64,000 nt of DNA from Candidatus Cloacimonadales bacterium (GTDB lineage Bacteria; Cloacimonadota; Cloacimonadia; Cloacimonadales; JAFGVF01). The notes beneath the pieces are model-generated. The model saw only the letters and a list, made by a program, of their open reading frames with translations, made no database searches and had not been told where the DNA came from. Made by a program: the position numbers and the translations under genes. Location: assembly GCA_963677495.2 (NCBI GenBank), contig CAXXOU010000003.1, positions 384,001 to 448,000 of the forward strand, in the 5' to 3' direction. This document shows positions 1 through 9,140 of the stretch, piece after piece; position 1 is the first letter of the stretch; every line of letters begins with the position of its first letter.

Positions 1-672
1 AAGGTTCTCAATCTCATGGTTTATTACCTCTAATGCTGATGGGAAATATGTTTGGAAAGAATCTTTATCAGCTATGTACTTCTCTTCTAATCGTTCTAAA
101 GCAAGTTTTATAGGAGTAAGTGGATTTTTTATTTCATGTGCAAGTATTCGTGAAAGGTCCTTCCAAAGTAACTCTTTTTCAGATGCAAGTAACTTTTGTT
201 GAGTAGTTTCTAACTCTTCAGACATCATGTTAAAAGATTTCTTCAGGTCTCTTAGTTCCGGAATACCCTTTTCAGTTAAATGTACATTGAAGTTTCCTGC
301 TGAAATCAAATCCGTTGCTTTCCTTAGCTCATATAGTGGTTTACTAATGGTGTTAATAATAAAAATGAATGTACTTATTCCGGCTACGAACAGTATCAAT
401 GCCCATACCCACGAATAAACTCTCATTTTAATGAGAGATGTACCAGAGGCTGCTCTTGCTTGTAAATAATTGTTGAGTAGTTTCTCTGCTTTAACTGAAT
501 CCTGAGCTGTTGTGTATGAAGCATCAGATAAAAACTCTTCCAACCCTAAGTTCTCATAAACAATACCTATATCATTTTGTCCATCTTGAACTACCTTGTT
601 AAGTAACCATATACTTCCCGAAAAGAGAAGAATAAAGACTATTATTAAGTAATACTTCAAACCTATCTTCAT
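1..672 (-). CDS. NtrY-type HAMP sensor histidine kinase (5' part; runs off the window start)
   Basis: Manual translation from the ATG at 672 (ATGA overlap with the upstream stop) gives MKIGLKYYLIIVFILLFSG..., a second TM segment, HAMP (ISKPLYELRKATDLISAGNF...FNMM) and H-box WKDLSRILAHEIKNPLTPI. Confidence 0.88.
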   Translation of the reverse strand, partial: MKIGLKYYLIIVFILLFSGSIWLLNKVVQDGQNDIGIVYENLGLEEFLSDASYTTAQDSVKAEKLLNNYLQARAASGTSLIKMRVYSWVWALILFVAGISTFIFIINTISKPLYELRKATDLISAGNFNVHLTEKGIPELRDLKKSFNMMSEELETTQQKLLASEKELLWKDLSRILAHEIKNPLTPIKLALERLEEKYIADKDSFQTYFPSALEVINHEIENL

Positions 673-1214
673 TGTAGATCCACCGGATTAAGTTTAATGG
701 TAAGTTCTGGAAGTTTATTTTTCCAGAGTAGATTAAGATCAAACTCCTTTTGTTGTGATGCAAAGAACAGCTTGTTCAGTTTAGCACTTATCTTTATGAT
801 GCAATTATCACAATCTGGGAGTGGCAACAACTTATCGAACTGAGCAAATGCTTCTACCATTTCATCGATCTCAGAAAAGTATTTTGTCAACCCTCCCGAA
901 TCGCTTTTCAGCTCGTAGGTTCTATCCATTGGGTTATATTCAACTGTTAAGTTATGGGTAAAGTTTGAGTGCTGTTCCCCATCTGCAATTATAACAACTG
1001 TATAATCAAGACTTACCTCTTCTCCGGACTTAAAAACATCCTCGAAGTCGTTATCAAATGCACCCACTAACTCAGTTTTACAGCTGATACCTTTGTTATG
1101 CAACTCCAATTGAGGTGTATTGAAAGATGCATTGTTACCTTCATAAGATGAAAATAACAGAAATGAAAGTGAGATTACTCCTTTCACAAGCTTATCAGCT
1201 AATTTTTCAAACAT
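669..1214 (-). CDS. DUF4390-like periplasmic protein
   Basis: 181-aa ORF with a hydrophobic N-terminus, directly upstream of and translationally coupled to the NtrY-like kinase, the usual context for DUF4390. Confidence 0.55.
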   Translation of the reverse strand: MFEKLADKLVKGVISLSFLLFSSYEGNNASFNTPQLELHNKGISCKTELVGAFDNDFEDVFKSGEEVSLDYTVVIIADGEQHSNFTHNLTVEYNPMDRTYELKSDSGGLTKYFSEIDEMVEAFAQFDKLLPLPDCDNCIIKISAKLNKLFFASQQKEFDLNLLWKNKLPELTIKLNPVDLQ

Positions 1215-1333
1215 GGATATTACCTCTACAATATTTTTGCCTTGTATCCCTTCTTGGCAACCTTTTTCCTAAAAAAATGAGGAGAGGCCCCACCAATTTG
1301 GTAAGGCCCGACCCTGACCGCTTAGAGAATTAA

Positions 1334-2602
1334 TTAAAACTGAACCCAAGGACCAACAGTGAATGCATACCCGTTCATTGTTGTCTCAGGTGAATTATCT
1401 ATAATGAAGTTACCACTTGTTTCAGTCCAGCCTGGTTTAGAGCTATATCCAATCATATAGGCACCTTCAGCTCTGATTCCAAGCCATGAAAGTATGCCCA
1501 CGTAGAGTTCAACTCTTGGTTGTACTATAAAGAAGCTTCTTTTCATTTCCATTGCATTATTACTATCTGAATCAAATTGTGTGTTTAAATCAGTCCAATC
1601 ATATTCACCATTAGTTTGAGTAAATTTGATAGTTTGGCTACCTGCACCAAGTACAACACCTAACGCTGGCTGTACCCATTTACCAAGCATGAACTTCTTA
1701 TCAAGAGTCACACCACCCCAACCACTTGAAAACTTCATTCTTCTGGTTACATTGAAATCTTTTGAACCTTTCATGTAGTCATGTGGCTGAGTAGGATCTG
1801 TTTGTCCTGTAGTTGTAACTGTATGTCCGACTTTACGATTTATATGATATCCGGCTCCCATACCACCAATATAAAAACCTTTTCCAACATTCGCTCTTGC
1901 AGCAAAGCCATTATACAACATTCCATCTTCATCAAGGTTATTGAACTCCATGTTGTTCATTACATGGTTTAGATCATCAATATCATCCATCATATACCAA
2001 TAAGGAGTATACATAAACTCTACATGCGGATACGATGTTTTTTTCTTTTTAGTACTATCTCCACCTTTCTTGGTAATAATCGTTTTCTTTTCAGGTTTTC
2101 TACCGAAAGTGAAGCTTATCTCTTTCTCAACTTCATTAGAGAATATTTTAATGGGTACTGTCTGGTCAGGCATATATGATGCTACTATCTTTACGAACTT
2201 ATCCTTATCAGTACATTTCTTTCCATCAATAGACATTAAAATATCATCAGCAGCGAGTCCATGCTGATGGGCAGCTGAACCGGCTCCGGTTCCTGTAATC
2301 AATACACCATAATTATATGGATAGTTCAACGCTCTAACTTTCTTTAAAGTTAAATCTTCATAATACACACCAAGATATGCCCTATCTCCTGATGTCGCAG
2401 TTAAAGTGTTGATAGTAATGACTTGATCATCACCAAGTTTTTCAACCTTCATCTCAATCTCTTCACCCATTGCTTCAAGCTTTTCGCCTAATGCTTCCAT
2501 TTTAACTTCCAATTCCTCAGCATTCTCCGCTTCAACTGTAACAGCTAATAACCAAACTAGCGGAAACAAAGCTACTAGTAAGAGTACAAATAATTTCTTC
2601 AT
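1334..2602 (-). CDS. Secreted PDZ-domain protein with a probable C-terminal outer-membrane beta-barrel
   Basis: Start moved to MKKLFVLL (GGGAGGA RBS). Signal peptide, coiled coil, PDZ (AYLGV...GSAAHQHGLAADDILMSIDG), then amphipathic strands ending in aromatic WVQF. Confidence 0.7.
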   Translation of the reverse strand: MKKLFVLLLVALFPLVWLLAVTVEAENAEELEVKMEALGEKLEAMGEEIEMKVEKLGDDQVITINTLTATSGDRAYLGVYYEDLTLKKVRALNYPYNYGVLITGTGAGSAAHQHGLAADDILMSIDGKKCTDKDKFVKIVASYMPDQTVPIKIFSNEVEKEISFTFGRKPEKKTIITKKGGDSTKKKKTSYPHVEFMYTPYWYMMDDIDDLNHVMNNMEFNNLDEDGMLYNGFAARANVGKGFYIGGMGAGYHINRKVGHTVTTTGQTDPTQPHDYMKGSKDFNVTRRMKFSSGWGGVTLDKKFMLGKWVQPALGVVLGAGSQTIKFTQTNGEYDWTDLNTQFDSDSNNAMEMKRSFFIVQPRVELYVGILSWLGIRAEGAYMIGYSSKPGWTETSGNFIIDNSPETTMNGYAFTVGPWVQF

Positions 2603-2641
2603 TTTATCCTCCCGTGTGTTTTTCTTACTCTTTCTTTTATC

Positions 2642-2657
2642 GCATATTGCGTTCCAA
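2642..2657 (-). promoter_or_regulatory. Sigma-54 (-24/-12) promoter candidate
   Basis: Minus strand reads TTGGAACGCAATATGC (GG-N10-GC), about 40 bp upstream of the PDZ gene start. Confidence 0.6.
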
Positions 2658-2740
2658 AGTTGCAGCATATCGCTATATCATTGCTAAACAAGCATTAATG
2701 CGAGACCGCAATCTTAATTACTCCTAATATTTTAGCTCAA

Positions 2741-2761
2741 AATATATCAATATGATATATT
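2741..2761. promoter_or_regulatory. Palindromic operator / enhancer-binding site candidate
   Basis: AATATATCA-ATA-TGATATATT perfect inverted repeat about 85-105 bp upstream of the sigma-54 motif. Confidence 0.45.
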
Positions 2762-2897
2762 CAGAATGTATTTATGATATAGATTTGATCAAGTAAGATA
2801 CTGGCTATGTAAAATTAGCATAGCTTAAATTGCTATTAAAACAAATCCTTTGACAAAGAGATTAGTAAGTTATCAATAGTAATAAAATGGAGGAGAA

Positions 2898-3260
2898 ATG
2901 ATTGAATTAACATTTGAAAGGTTCGTTGAGATAGTAGGTAGCTCAGTAAAAACAAATAATTTGAGACTTGAAAAGCCAATGATGATAAACTTCTATGCCT
3001 CATGGTGTCCAGTATGTCAAGAAGTGATGGAGATCGTTGAGAAAATAGAGGGAGAATATGAGAAGGTCGATAGTTTCAAAGTGGATACTGACGAAGATGT
3101 AATCTTATCCTCCTTTTTCGGTGTTGTAAGTCTACCGACAATAGTCTTGTTTTCAAATGGGGAAAAACCAGTCTTACTAAAAGGCAGGAAAAGTGAAGGT
3201 GAATTACGCAAGATGTTTGAAGATACTATAATGAAACATGAACAAGCAAACTTAAGTTGA
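2898..3260 (+). CDS. Thioredoxin family protein
   Basis: FYASWCPVC motif, FGVVSLPT cis-Pro loop, GGAGG RBS. Confidence 0.9.
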   Translation: MIELTFERFVEIVGSSVKTNNLRLEKPMMINFYASWCPVCQEVMEIVEKIEGEYEKVDSFKVDTDEDVILSSFFGVVSLPTIVLFSNGEKPVLLKGRKSEGELRKMFEDTIMKHEQANLS

Positions 3261-3294
3261 CACATATCTTATGTTATTATGTTTGCGATGATAT

Positions 3295-4683
3295 ATGAGG
3301 ATTATGATGAAAAGAAGTATAATATTAGCTATAATTTGTTTAGCATTCCTATCTGCCTGTAATGATAAAGGCTGGAAAGTGGTGGATGGGAAATTCCACA
3401 GAATTGATACTCTTGCTAAACTAAAGGAGATGTCTGATTTTAACTTTACTGTAATGGGTGAGAATGAAGGCCTTGCTTTAAGCAATAATAATTTCAAGAA
3501 ACTAACTGAATTTACTGGGAACAATGATACAGCCTTTATACTTGGTACAGGTGACCACTTAAACAATCAAAAACAGGATGAGTTCATTAAATACGTTGGT
3601 GATAACAATTGGTGGAAAACAAGATTCTTTCCAAATATATCAACATATGAGAATGAGTTTTTTGGCTCTAAATACTCCGATTGGAACTCTGGTAAGAAGA
3701 TGATAGAATCTCTTAAATTCCCTGTATATAGTGAGACCAAGTTTTTTAATAACGGTGCTGATTATTATGTAAAAGTTAAAGAGGCATTCTACACAATCCA
3801 TCTCTTCCAGCTTCATAATCATGAACGAGAAGGAATATGTCAGGAAAAAACCGATCTTTATAAATGGTTATTTGATGAGGTATCAGGTATTAACAAAACG
3901 GAAAGGGACTTCATAATAATCTCAGGTCGTGGTTTAGCTCAAAGCTTTTCAACTGATATGCATATAGATAACTACAAATTATTGAAGAACAAGTCAGACT
4001 TGATTATATCTGATGACTTCAGTCCATTTCAGACCTCATATAAAGAAAGTGAAGCTGTTGTTATGAATGCTAGTTCCATAATCAATAATAGCAAATATAC
4101 ACCTGCAGGATTTGTTCAAGTATATCACCTAATTGAACCCTCTGCTTTTGTTATACTAAACCTTAATGTTGAAGAAGATAAGCTTAGATTACCATCTGAG
4201 GGTAACTCAATAATTAAATATGTTAATGGTACTTCTGAACCACTCTTCCTTAGAGAAGCTGAAGAACATGAGCTACCTGATAGAGCTATTTGTGAGTTGA
4301 ATAGAGACTTTACCAAAGAAGAACTACAGACTATAGCTGAAAAGCTTTATGCAGGTGTTGGTGAAAATGATAAGACATGGGTGATCGTAGAATCAGGACT
4401 TGATAAGGGTGTTATAAAATACAGTGACCTATGGAATGTTTTCCCCAGAAATGGAGAAGTTTATATACTGAATCTTTCATATAATCAATTAAGAAAAACA
4501 TTTGGAAAGAATATGATTCTTGATACTAAAGGGGATTATAGAGTTGCTATTGGTGATTATTTTGGGGATTATCTTATAAATACCTTTAATCTTTCGGAAG
4601 AGAGAATCCAAAAAACCGGTAAAGAAGAGATAAAACTACTTGAGACATATCTTAAGGCTACACAGAGACCGATTCGACCTTAA
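3295..4683 (+). CDS. Lipoprotein with a degenerate metallophosphoesterase-like domain and a 5'-nucleotidase C-terminal-like domain
   Basis: Lipobox LSAC; ILGTGDH motif; C-terminal GVIKYSDLWNVFP resembles the 5'-nucleotidase C-terminal domain. Confidence 0.5.
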   Translation: MRIMMKRSIILAIICLAFLSACNDKGWKVVDGKFHRIDTLAKLKEMSDFNFTVMGENEGLALSNNNFKKLTEFTGNNDTAFILGTGDHLNNQKQDEFIKYVGDNNWWKTRFFPNISTYENEFFGSKYSDWNSGKKMIESLKFPVYSETKFFNNGADYYVKVKEAFYTIHLFQLHNHEREGICQEKTDLYKWLFDEVSGINKTERDFIIISGRGLAQSFSTDMHIDNYKLLKNKSDLIISDDFSPFQTSYKESEAVVMNASSIINNSKYTPAGFVQVYHLIEPSAFVILNLNVEEDKLRLPSEGNSIIKYVNGTSEPLFLREAEEHELPDRAICELNRDFTKEELQTIAEKLYAGVGENDKTWVIVESGLDKGVIKYSDLWNVFPRNGEVYILNLSYNQLRKTFGKNMILDTKGDYRVAIGDYFGDYLINTFNLSEERIQKTGKEEIKLLETYLKATQRPIRP

Positions 4684-5750
4684 AGAAACGATTTAATAGT
4701 TTTAGATACAAGTTTAGTCAGATCAGATAATGTCCCTTTAGGGGCATTATCTTTTTGTTTTATAGCATAGATATTCGTTACATCAACATCTGAAACTCCG
4801 CAATAATAGACAACTTCTTTTCCATATTTGTTAGACAACTGCTGAATCTGATATGGTAGCTTACCGTGTCTTGTTTGCTCATCTATCTTACCTTCTCCAG
4901 TAATGACAAGATCAGCTCTTTCAATCAATTGTTCAATATTAGATATGATTTTCATTAACTTGAAGCCAGATTCCATTCTACAATCGAAGAGCGATAAAAG
5001 ACTGAGAGGGATCCCTCCCGCTGAACCACAGCCACTTAAGTGTGACACATCATTATCGGTAATCTTTTTTAATAGATTTGAGTAGTTATTTAGACCATCT
5101 TCAAGGATAACCATATCTTCCTCATATGCACCCTTTTGTTTAGAGTAGCTATAGACTGCACCATTCCCCCCAAGTAGTGGATTGCTAACATCTGTTGCAA
5201 GTACAAACTTCACATTTCTGAAATACTGAGCTACTGATGTATCTATTTCAACTATATTTCTTAAGTTGCCACCATTGGGAATCACTTTGTTACCTTTAGA
5301 ATCATAGAAAACTACTCCTAATGCATGTAAGATCCCGCTTCCACCATCACTAGTAGCAGTTCCACCTAATGTTAGGTAGATTTCATTACAGCCATTCTTT
5401 ATCGCTGACTTTATTTGCAACCCTGTCCCATAACTACTTGCTTTTAAAGGAGCTAATTCATTTAGCAGATGTAATCCTGAAGCTTGAGCAACTTCAATGT
5501 AAGCACAATTGTCGGCTTTCAGCCAGTTAGTATTAATAGCTTTACCAATCGGATCGACTGTAACACAACTCATTATGTGAACATCCAGATAATAGTTGAT
5601 TACTTCAAGTGCACCATCTCCCCCATCAGACATTGGAAGAAGCATTGTTTCAATGCTTTCATCTACTAAGTTGATACCTTCCTGAATAGCTTTGCCCACT
5701 TGTAGGCTAGAATAAGTCCCTTTGAAAGAATCAGGGGCAATGAGAATCAT
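4680..5750 (-). CDS. Glycerate kinase (GlxK/GarK family)
   Basis: APDSFKG, SDGGDG, LGGTATSDGG, ITGEGKID motifs. Confidence 0.93.
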   Translation of the reverse strand: MILIAPDSFKGTYSSLQVGKAIQEGINLVDESIETMLLPMSDGGDGALEVINYYLDVHIMSCVTVDPIGKAINTNWLKADNCAYIEVAQASGLHLLNELAPLKASSYGTGLQIKSAIKNGCNEIYLTLGGTATSDGGSGILHALGVVFYDSKGNKVIPNGGNLRNIVEIDTSVAQYFRNVKFVLATDVSNPLLGGNGAVYSYSKQKGAYEEDMVILEDGLNNYSNLLKKITDNDVSHLSGCGSAGGIPLSLLSLFDCRMESGFKLMKIISNIEQLIERADLVITGEGKIDEQTRHGKLPYQIQQLSNKYGKEVVYYCGVSDVDVTNIYAIKQKDNAPKGTLSDLTKLVSKTIKSFL

Positions 5751-6562
5751 CTTTCAGCCTTGAGAAGCATGAATAATCTTTGTAGGTTCAGTTCATGCAT
5801 TTTAGGCACCCATAAATCAGATTCCTTTATATTAGGAAGTACAGAATCAATCTTCAGCTCATTTATGAAGGATTCTAAGTCTATCTTACGATCAATACTC
5901 AGTAAATACTCTGCTTGTGAAATACTATTTTCCAAATATGTTATTCCAAGTTCAAGAAAACCAATTCCTACCGGTTGCCCATGTCCCGGGATTATAGTCT
6001 CTATACTGAGTTCTTTTATCTTGGTTAGTGACTCTAAAAGGCTATGTGGATTATCCCAATAGTAGTATGGTAATGTTATACCTGGTCCGTTAAGAACTGT
6101 GTCTCCGGCAATTAGGATTCGTTTATCTTTGAGCAATACAACAGATGAATCAGGTGAATGCCCGGGAGTATGCATTATCTCAATATTATATTGAGATAAA
6201 GAATAATTATCATCAAATGTAATGGTTGGAGATACAACTTTTAGTTTTTTCTTTTCAACTGTTCGCTTTGATCGAAGCATGTTTCTTTCACGCAGAAGAG
6301 TGTTTATGCCATCAACATATCCAATAACTTTGGTTTTATCCGATATAAGAACAGGATTTCCATAACAATGATCACTATGGTAGTGAGTGTTGATAATATA
6401 ATCTACACCCTTTTGCTTAACAAGGGAATTGAGGTGCTGGATATCTTCAGGACTTTGCTGAGTATCAACAACTATAATATCCTCATTTGCCCTGATTATA
6501 GTTGAGTTTACTAAATTCCTTTCAGATTGATAGACATTAATACTATCTGTAATCTTTATCAT
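5747..6562 (-). CDS. MBL-fold metallo-hydrolase
   Basis: THYHSDH, TPGHS, AGD, PGHG motifs. Confidence 0.9.
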   Translation of the reverse strand: MIKITDSINVYQSERNLVNSTIIRANEDIIVVDTQQSPEDIQHLNSLVKQKGVDYIINTHYHSDHCYGNPVLISDKTKVIGYVDGINTLLRERNMLRSKRTVEKKKLKVVSPTITFDDNYSLSQYNIEIMHTPGHSPDSSVVLLKDKRILIAGDTVLNGPGITLPYYYWDNPHSLLESLTKIKELSIETIIPGHGQPVGIGFLELGITYLENSISQAEYLLSIDRKIDLESFINELKIDSVLPNIKESDLWVPKMHELNLQRLFMLLKAER

Positions 6563-6574
6563 AATTTTATATGA

Positions 6575-6598
6575 AAGAGCCGGTGGTTACCGACTCTT
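6575..6598. terminator. Hairpin, possible intrinsic terminator
   Basis: AAGAGCCGGT-GGTT-ACCGACTCTT stem between the PPIase and MBL genes. Confidence 0.45.
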
Positions 6599-6611
6599 AA
6601 AATTATTTGCT

Positions 6612-7697
6612 CTATTTTATTAGTAACAGTGATTTAACCACAGTGTCAGAACTTGTGATTAGTTTGTAATAATAAACACCATTTGGCAATCTTTCATTGT
6701 TATCATCAGTACCGTTCCAAGTTATACTATGTTCTCCGGAAGTATTCATAGCGTTTACCAGACTACGTACTTTTCTGCCCTTAATATCATAGATAGAAAT
6801 ATTTACATTCTCATTTTGGGTAAGCTTGTAATCAATTTTAGTCTGAGGAGAGAATGGGTTAGGATAATTCTGTTTTAAGATAGGCTTAACAGCTTGCGTA
6901 TTTTCTGTTATATTAAGAGGATCGTCAACTGTAACTGTCCACGTATACTCCATAGTATGAACGCTATTATCAAAAACAACTTTAACTACATACTCACCTT
7001 CCGCTTCGAATGAATGAGAAAAGTCGAATAGAGAAACACCTTCAGAAACTAGCACATCATCAACATACCAGCTCATGGTTAGCGTATGATTAACTGAGAA
7101 TGCCAAAGCCATGAAATTTACTAACTCATCTACATCTACTGTGAAAGACTCTTCTGCCGGTTGAAGATGATTGATACTAATATCTATTACAGTAACGCTA
7201 TAAATCTCAACATCCACAATTGGTTTGTCATTTGAATCTGTTTCTACTTCAGAAATAGCAAAAACAACATCCATGCCTTCAATAATATGTCCAAATACTG
7301 AATGGGCATTATCAAGCCATGATGTTGGAGCTACTGTAATAAAGTATTGTGAGCCATTAGTATTAGGACCACTATTTGCCATTGAAAGCACACCCGGTAC
7401 ATCATGCACAAGGTCAGGATGGAACTCATCAGGAATTGTGTATCCCGGTCCACCATAACCGGTTCCTAAAGGGCAACCATCTTGAATCATGAAACCGGAA
7501 ATTACTCTATGGAAAATAAGATCATTATAGAAACCACTATTCGCTAAATCAATGAAGTTTCCTGCAATCCCCGGTACAAGATCTTCTCTCAACTCAGCTC
7601 TAAAGTTACCCATTGAGGTTTGCCATTCCACTTGTGTTTGTGCAAATAGGGCATTTATTACTATAAATAAAATTAAAACAATCAGTGTTCTTTTCAT
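6612..7697 (-). CDS. Secreted cyclophilin-type peptidyl-prolyl isomerase with a PKD/Ig-like domain and FlgD/T9SS-like CTD
   Basis: Start moved to MKRTLIV (signal peptide). FHRVISGFMIQ and SMANSGPNTNGSQYFIT motifs; CTD NYPNPF...WNGTD...GVYYY. Confidence 0.88.
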   Translation of the reverse strand: MKRTLIVLILFIVINALFAQTQVEWQTSMGNFRAELREDLVPGIAGNFIDLANSGFYNDLIFHRVISGFMIQDGCPLGTGYGGPGYTIPDEFHPDLVHDVPGVLSMANSGPNTNGSQYFITVAPTSWLDNAHSVFGHIIEGMDVVFAISEVETDSNDKPIVDVEIYSVTVIDISINHLQPAEESFTVDVDELVNFMALAFSVNHTLTMSWYVDDVLVSEGVSLFDFSHSFEAEGEYVVKVVFDNSVHTMEYTWTVTVDDPLNITENTQAVKPILKQNYPNPFSPQTKIDYKLTQNENVNISIYDIKGRKVRSLVNAMNTSGEHSITWNGTDDNNERLPNGVYYYKLITSSDTVVKSLLLIK

Positions 7698-8437
7698 AAC
7701 TTCTCCTTCAATAACAGTTCTTGAAAACGATTTATACATAACTCTCCTATAGGAGCAACTTTTTTCTCTAAAAGGAAGCTTTTGATTTCATCGAACTGAA
7801 GAAACTCTATCTCACTATGCTCATCAAAATCAATTGCTTCTCTCATCTTTTCTATTAACTCCTCAGATTTAATAGAAAGTTTTGTATATGTAAGCAATTC
7901 CGGTTTATGATAAATGTGATTGATTCCCAATCCAAGATATGATATCTCTTCGATATCTGCAGAATCTATGTTTAACTCTTCCTTTAACTCCTCTTTCATA
8001 AAGGAAGTTGGACTCATTCCATTCAAAACTCTCTCATCAAATGTACCCCCTACAACATGCCACTCTTCATTGCCTTCGGCTAGTGACTGACTTCGTTTTC
8101 CAATTACAATTAGGTTATCTGAAGTAATGGGGGCTGTACATATTGCAAGTGTATTAGTATACAATTCTGGTAGAATCTGTTTTATGTTTAGACAATAGAA
8201 TTCAGAGTAGTTACCTGGTTTAAGTGTAATTGTAAGAATTCCATCATCAAAACTATACTCCTCTAATATGGCATTAGTCCCATCAAAAAGGTGCTTAGAT
8301 TTGCTTAACGATTCCCAATAGCAACATACCTGCTTAATCACATCATCTGAGTAAATCGCATGTTCTTTATTAACAACTACTTTTACAGATTCTTCATTTC
8401 CAATGAAATCTATTAGTAACTCAGAATTCGGTACCAT
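7694..8437 (-). CDS. NUDIX hydrolase family protein
   Basis: VGGTFD...KEELKEELNI Nudix-like box. Confidence 0.7.
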   Translation of the reverse strand: MVPNSELLIDFIGNEESVKVVVNKEHAIYSDDVIKQVCCYWESLSKSKHLFDGTNAILEEYSFDDGILTITLKPGNYSEFYCLNIKQILPELYTNTLAICTAPITSDNLIVIGKRSQSLAEGNEEWHVVGGTFDERVLNGMSPTSFMKEELKEELNIDSADIEEISYLGLGINHIYHKPELLTYTKLSIKSEELIEKMREAIDFDEHSEIEFLQFDEIKSFLLEKKVAPIGELCINRFQELLLKEKL

Positions 8438-8444
8438 GTAAGAG

Positions 8445-9140
8445 CTATCTTCTCTTAACTCTCTTTCTGATTACAACAACAAACTCACCTTTGGGTAGGC
8501 CTTCTGTCATAGTAATAATTTCTCCAATAGTACCTATAAACACTTGTTCTTCAGGATAAGTAAGTTTGTAACCTAACATTGCTTTTCTGTTACTTCCAAG
8601 CACTGTAGCCATATCTCTAAGCAATGATGGCATTCTATATGGAGCTTCAAGAAGAACTATGTCTTCATTAATCTGACCATTAAGAGAGCGTAATTCAGAA
8701 ATTCTTGCATCTTTACTTGGTGGCAAGAACCCATAATAGAAGAACTTCTTCAATGGTAATCCACTCACCTGCAACATAGCCATAATCGATGAAGGTCCGG
8801 GTACTGAGTGTACAGGAATACCGTTCTCATGACATAATCTAACTAATCTATTCCCGGGATCAGCAAAAAGTGGCGTTCCGGCATCAGAAATAAGAGCTAA
8901 TGTCTTCTTCTGCATTATGAGCATATCAAACAGCTCCATTGAACCTTCTTTCTCATTATGTTCATTTAACTCATACCACTCATTCTTTATACCATGGGCT
9001 CGGAGTAACTTCGTTCCGGGTTTTCTCTCTTCAAGAACTATCAAATCAACTGCTTTAAGTACATTCAAAGCTCTGATAGTTATGTCATCAGGGTTTCCAA
9101 TCGGGGTTGCGACAATATATAAACCGTGTTTTAATTCCAT
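8445..9140 (-). CDS. rsmI: 16S rRNA (cytidine1402-2'-O)-methyltransferase
   Basis: LYIVATPIGN..DITIRA, ISDAGTPLFADPG, KGEFV motifs. Confidence 0.93.
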   Translation of the reverse strand: MELKHGLYIVATPIGNPDDITIRALNVLKAVDLIVLEERKPGTKLLRAHGIKNEWYELNEHNEKEGSMELFDMLIMQKKTLALISDAGTPLFADPGNRLVRLCHENGIPVHSVPGPSSIMAMLQVSGLPLKKFFYYGFLPPSKDARISELRSLNGQINEDIVLLEAPYRMPSLLRDMATVLGSNRKAMLGYKLTYPEEQVFIGTIGEIITMTEGLPKGEFVVVIRKRVKRR

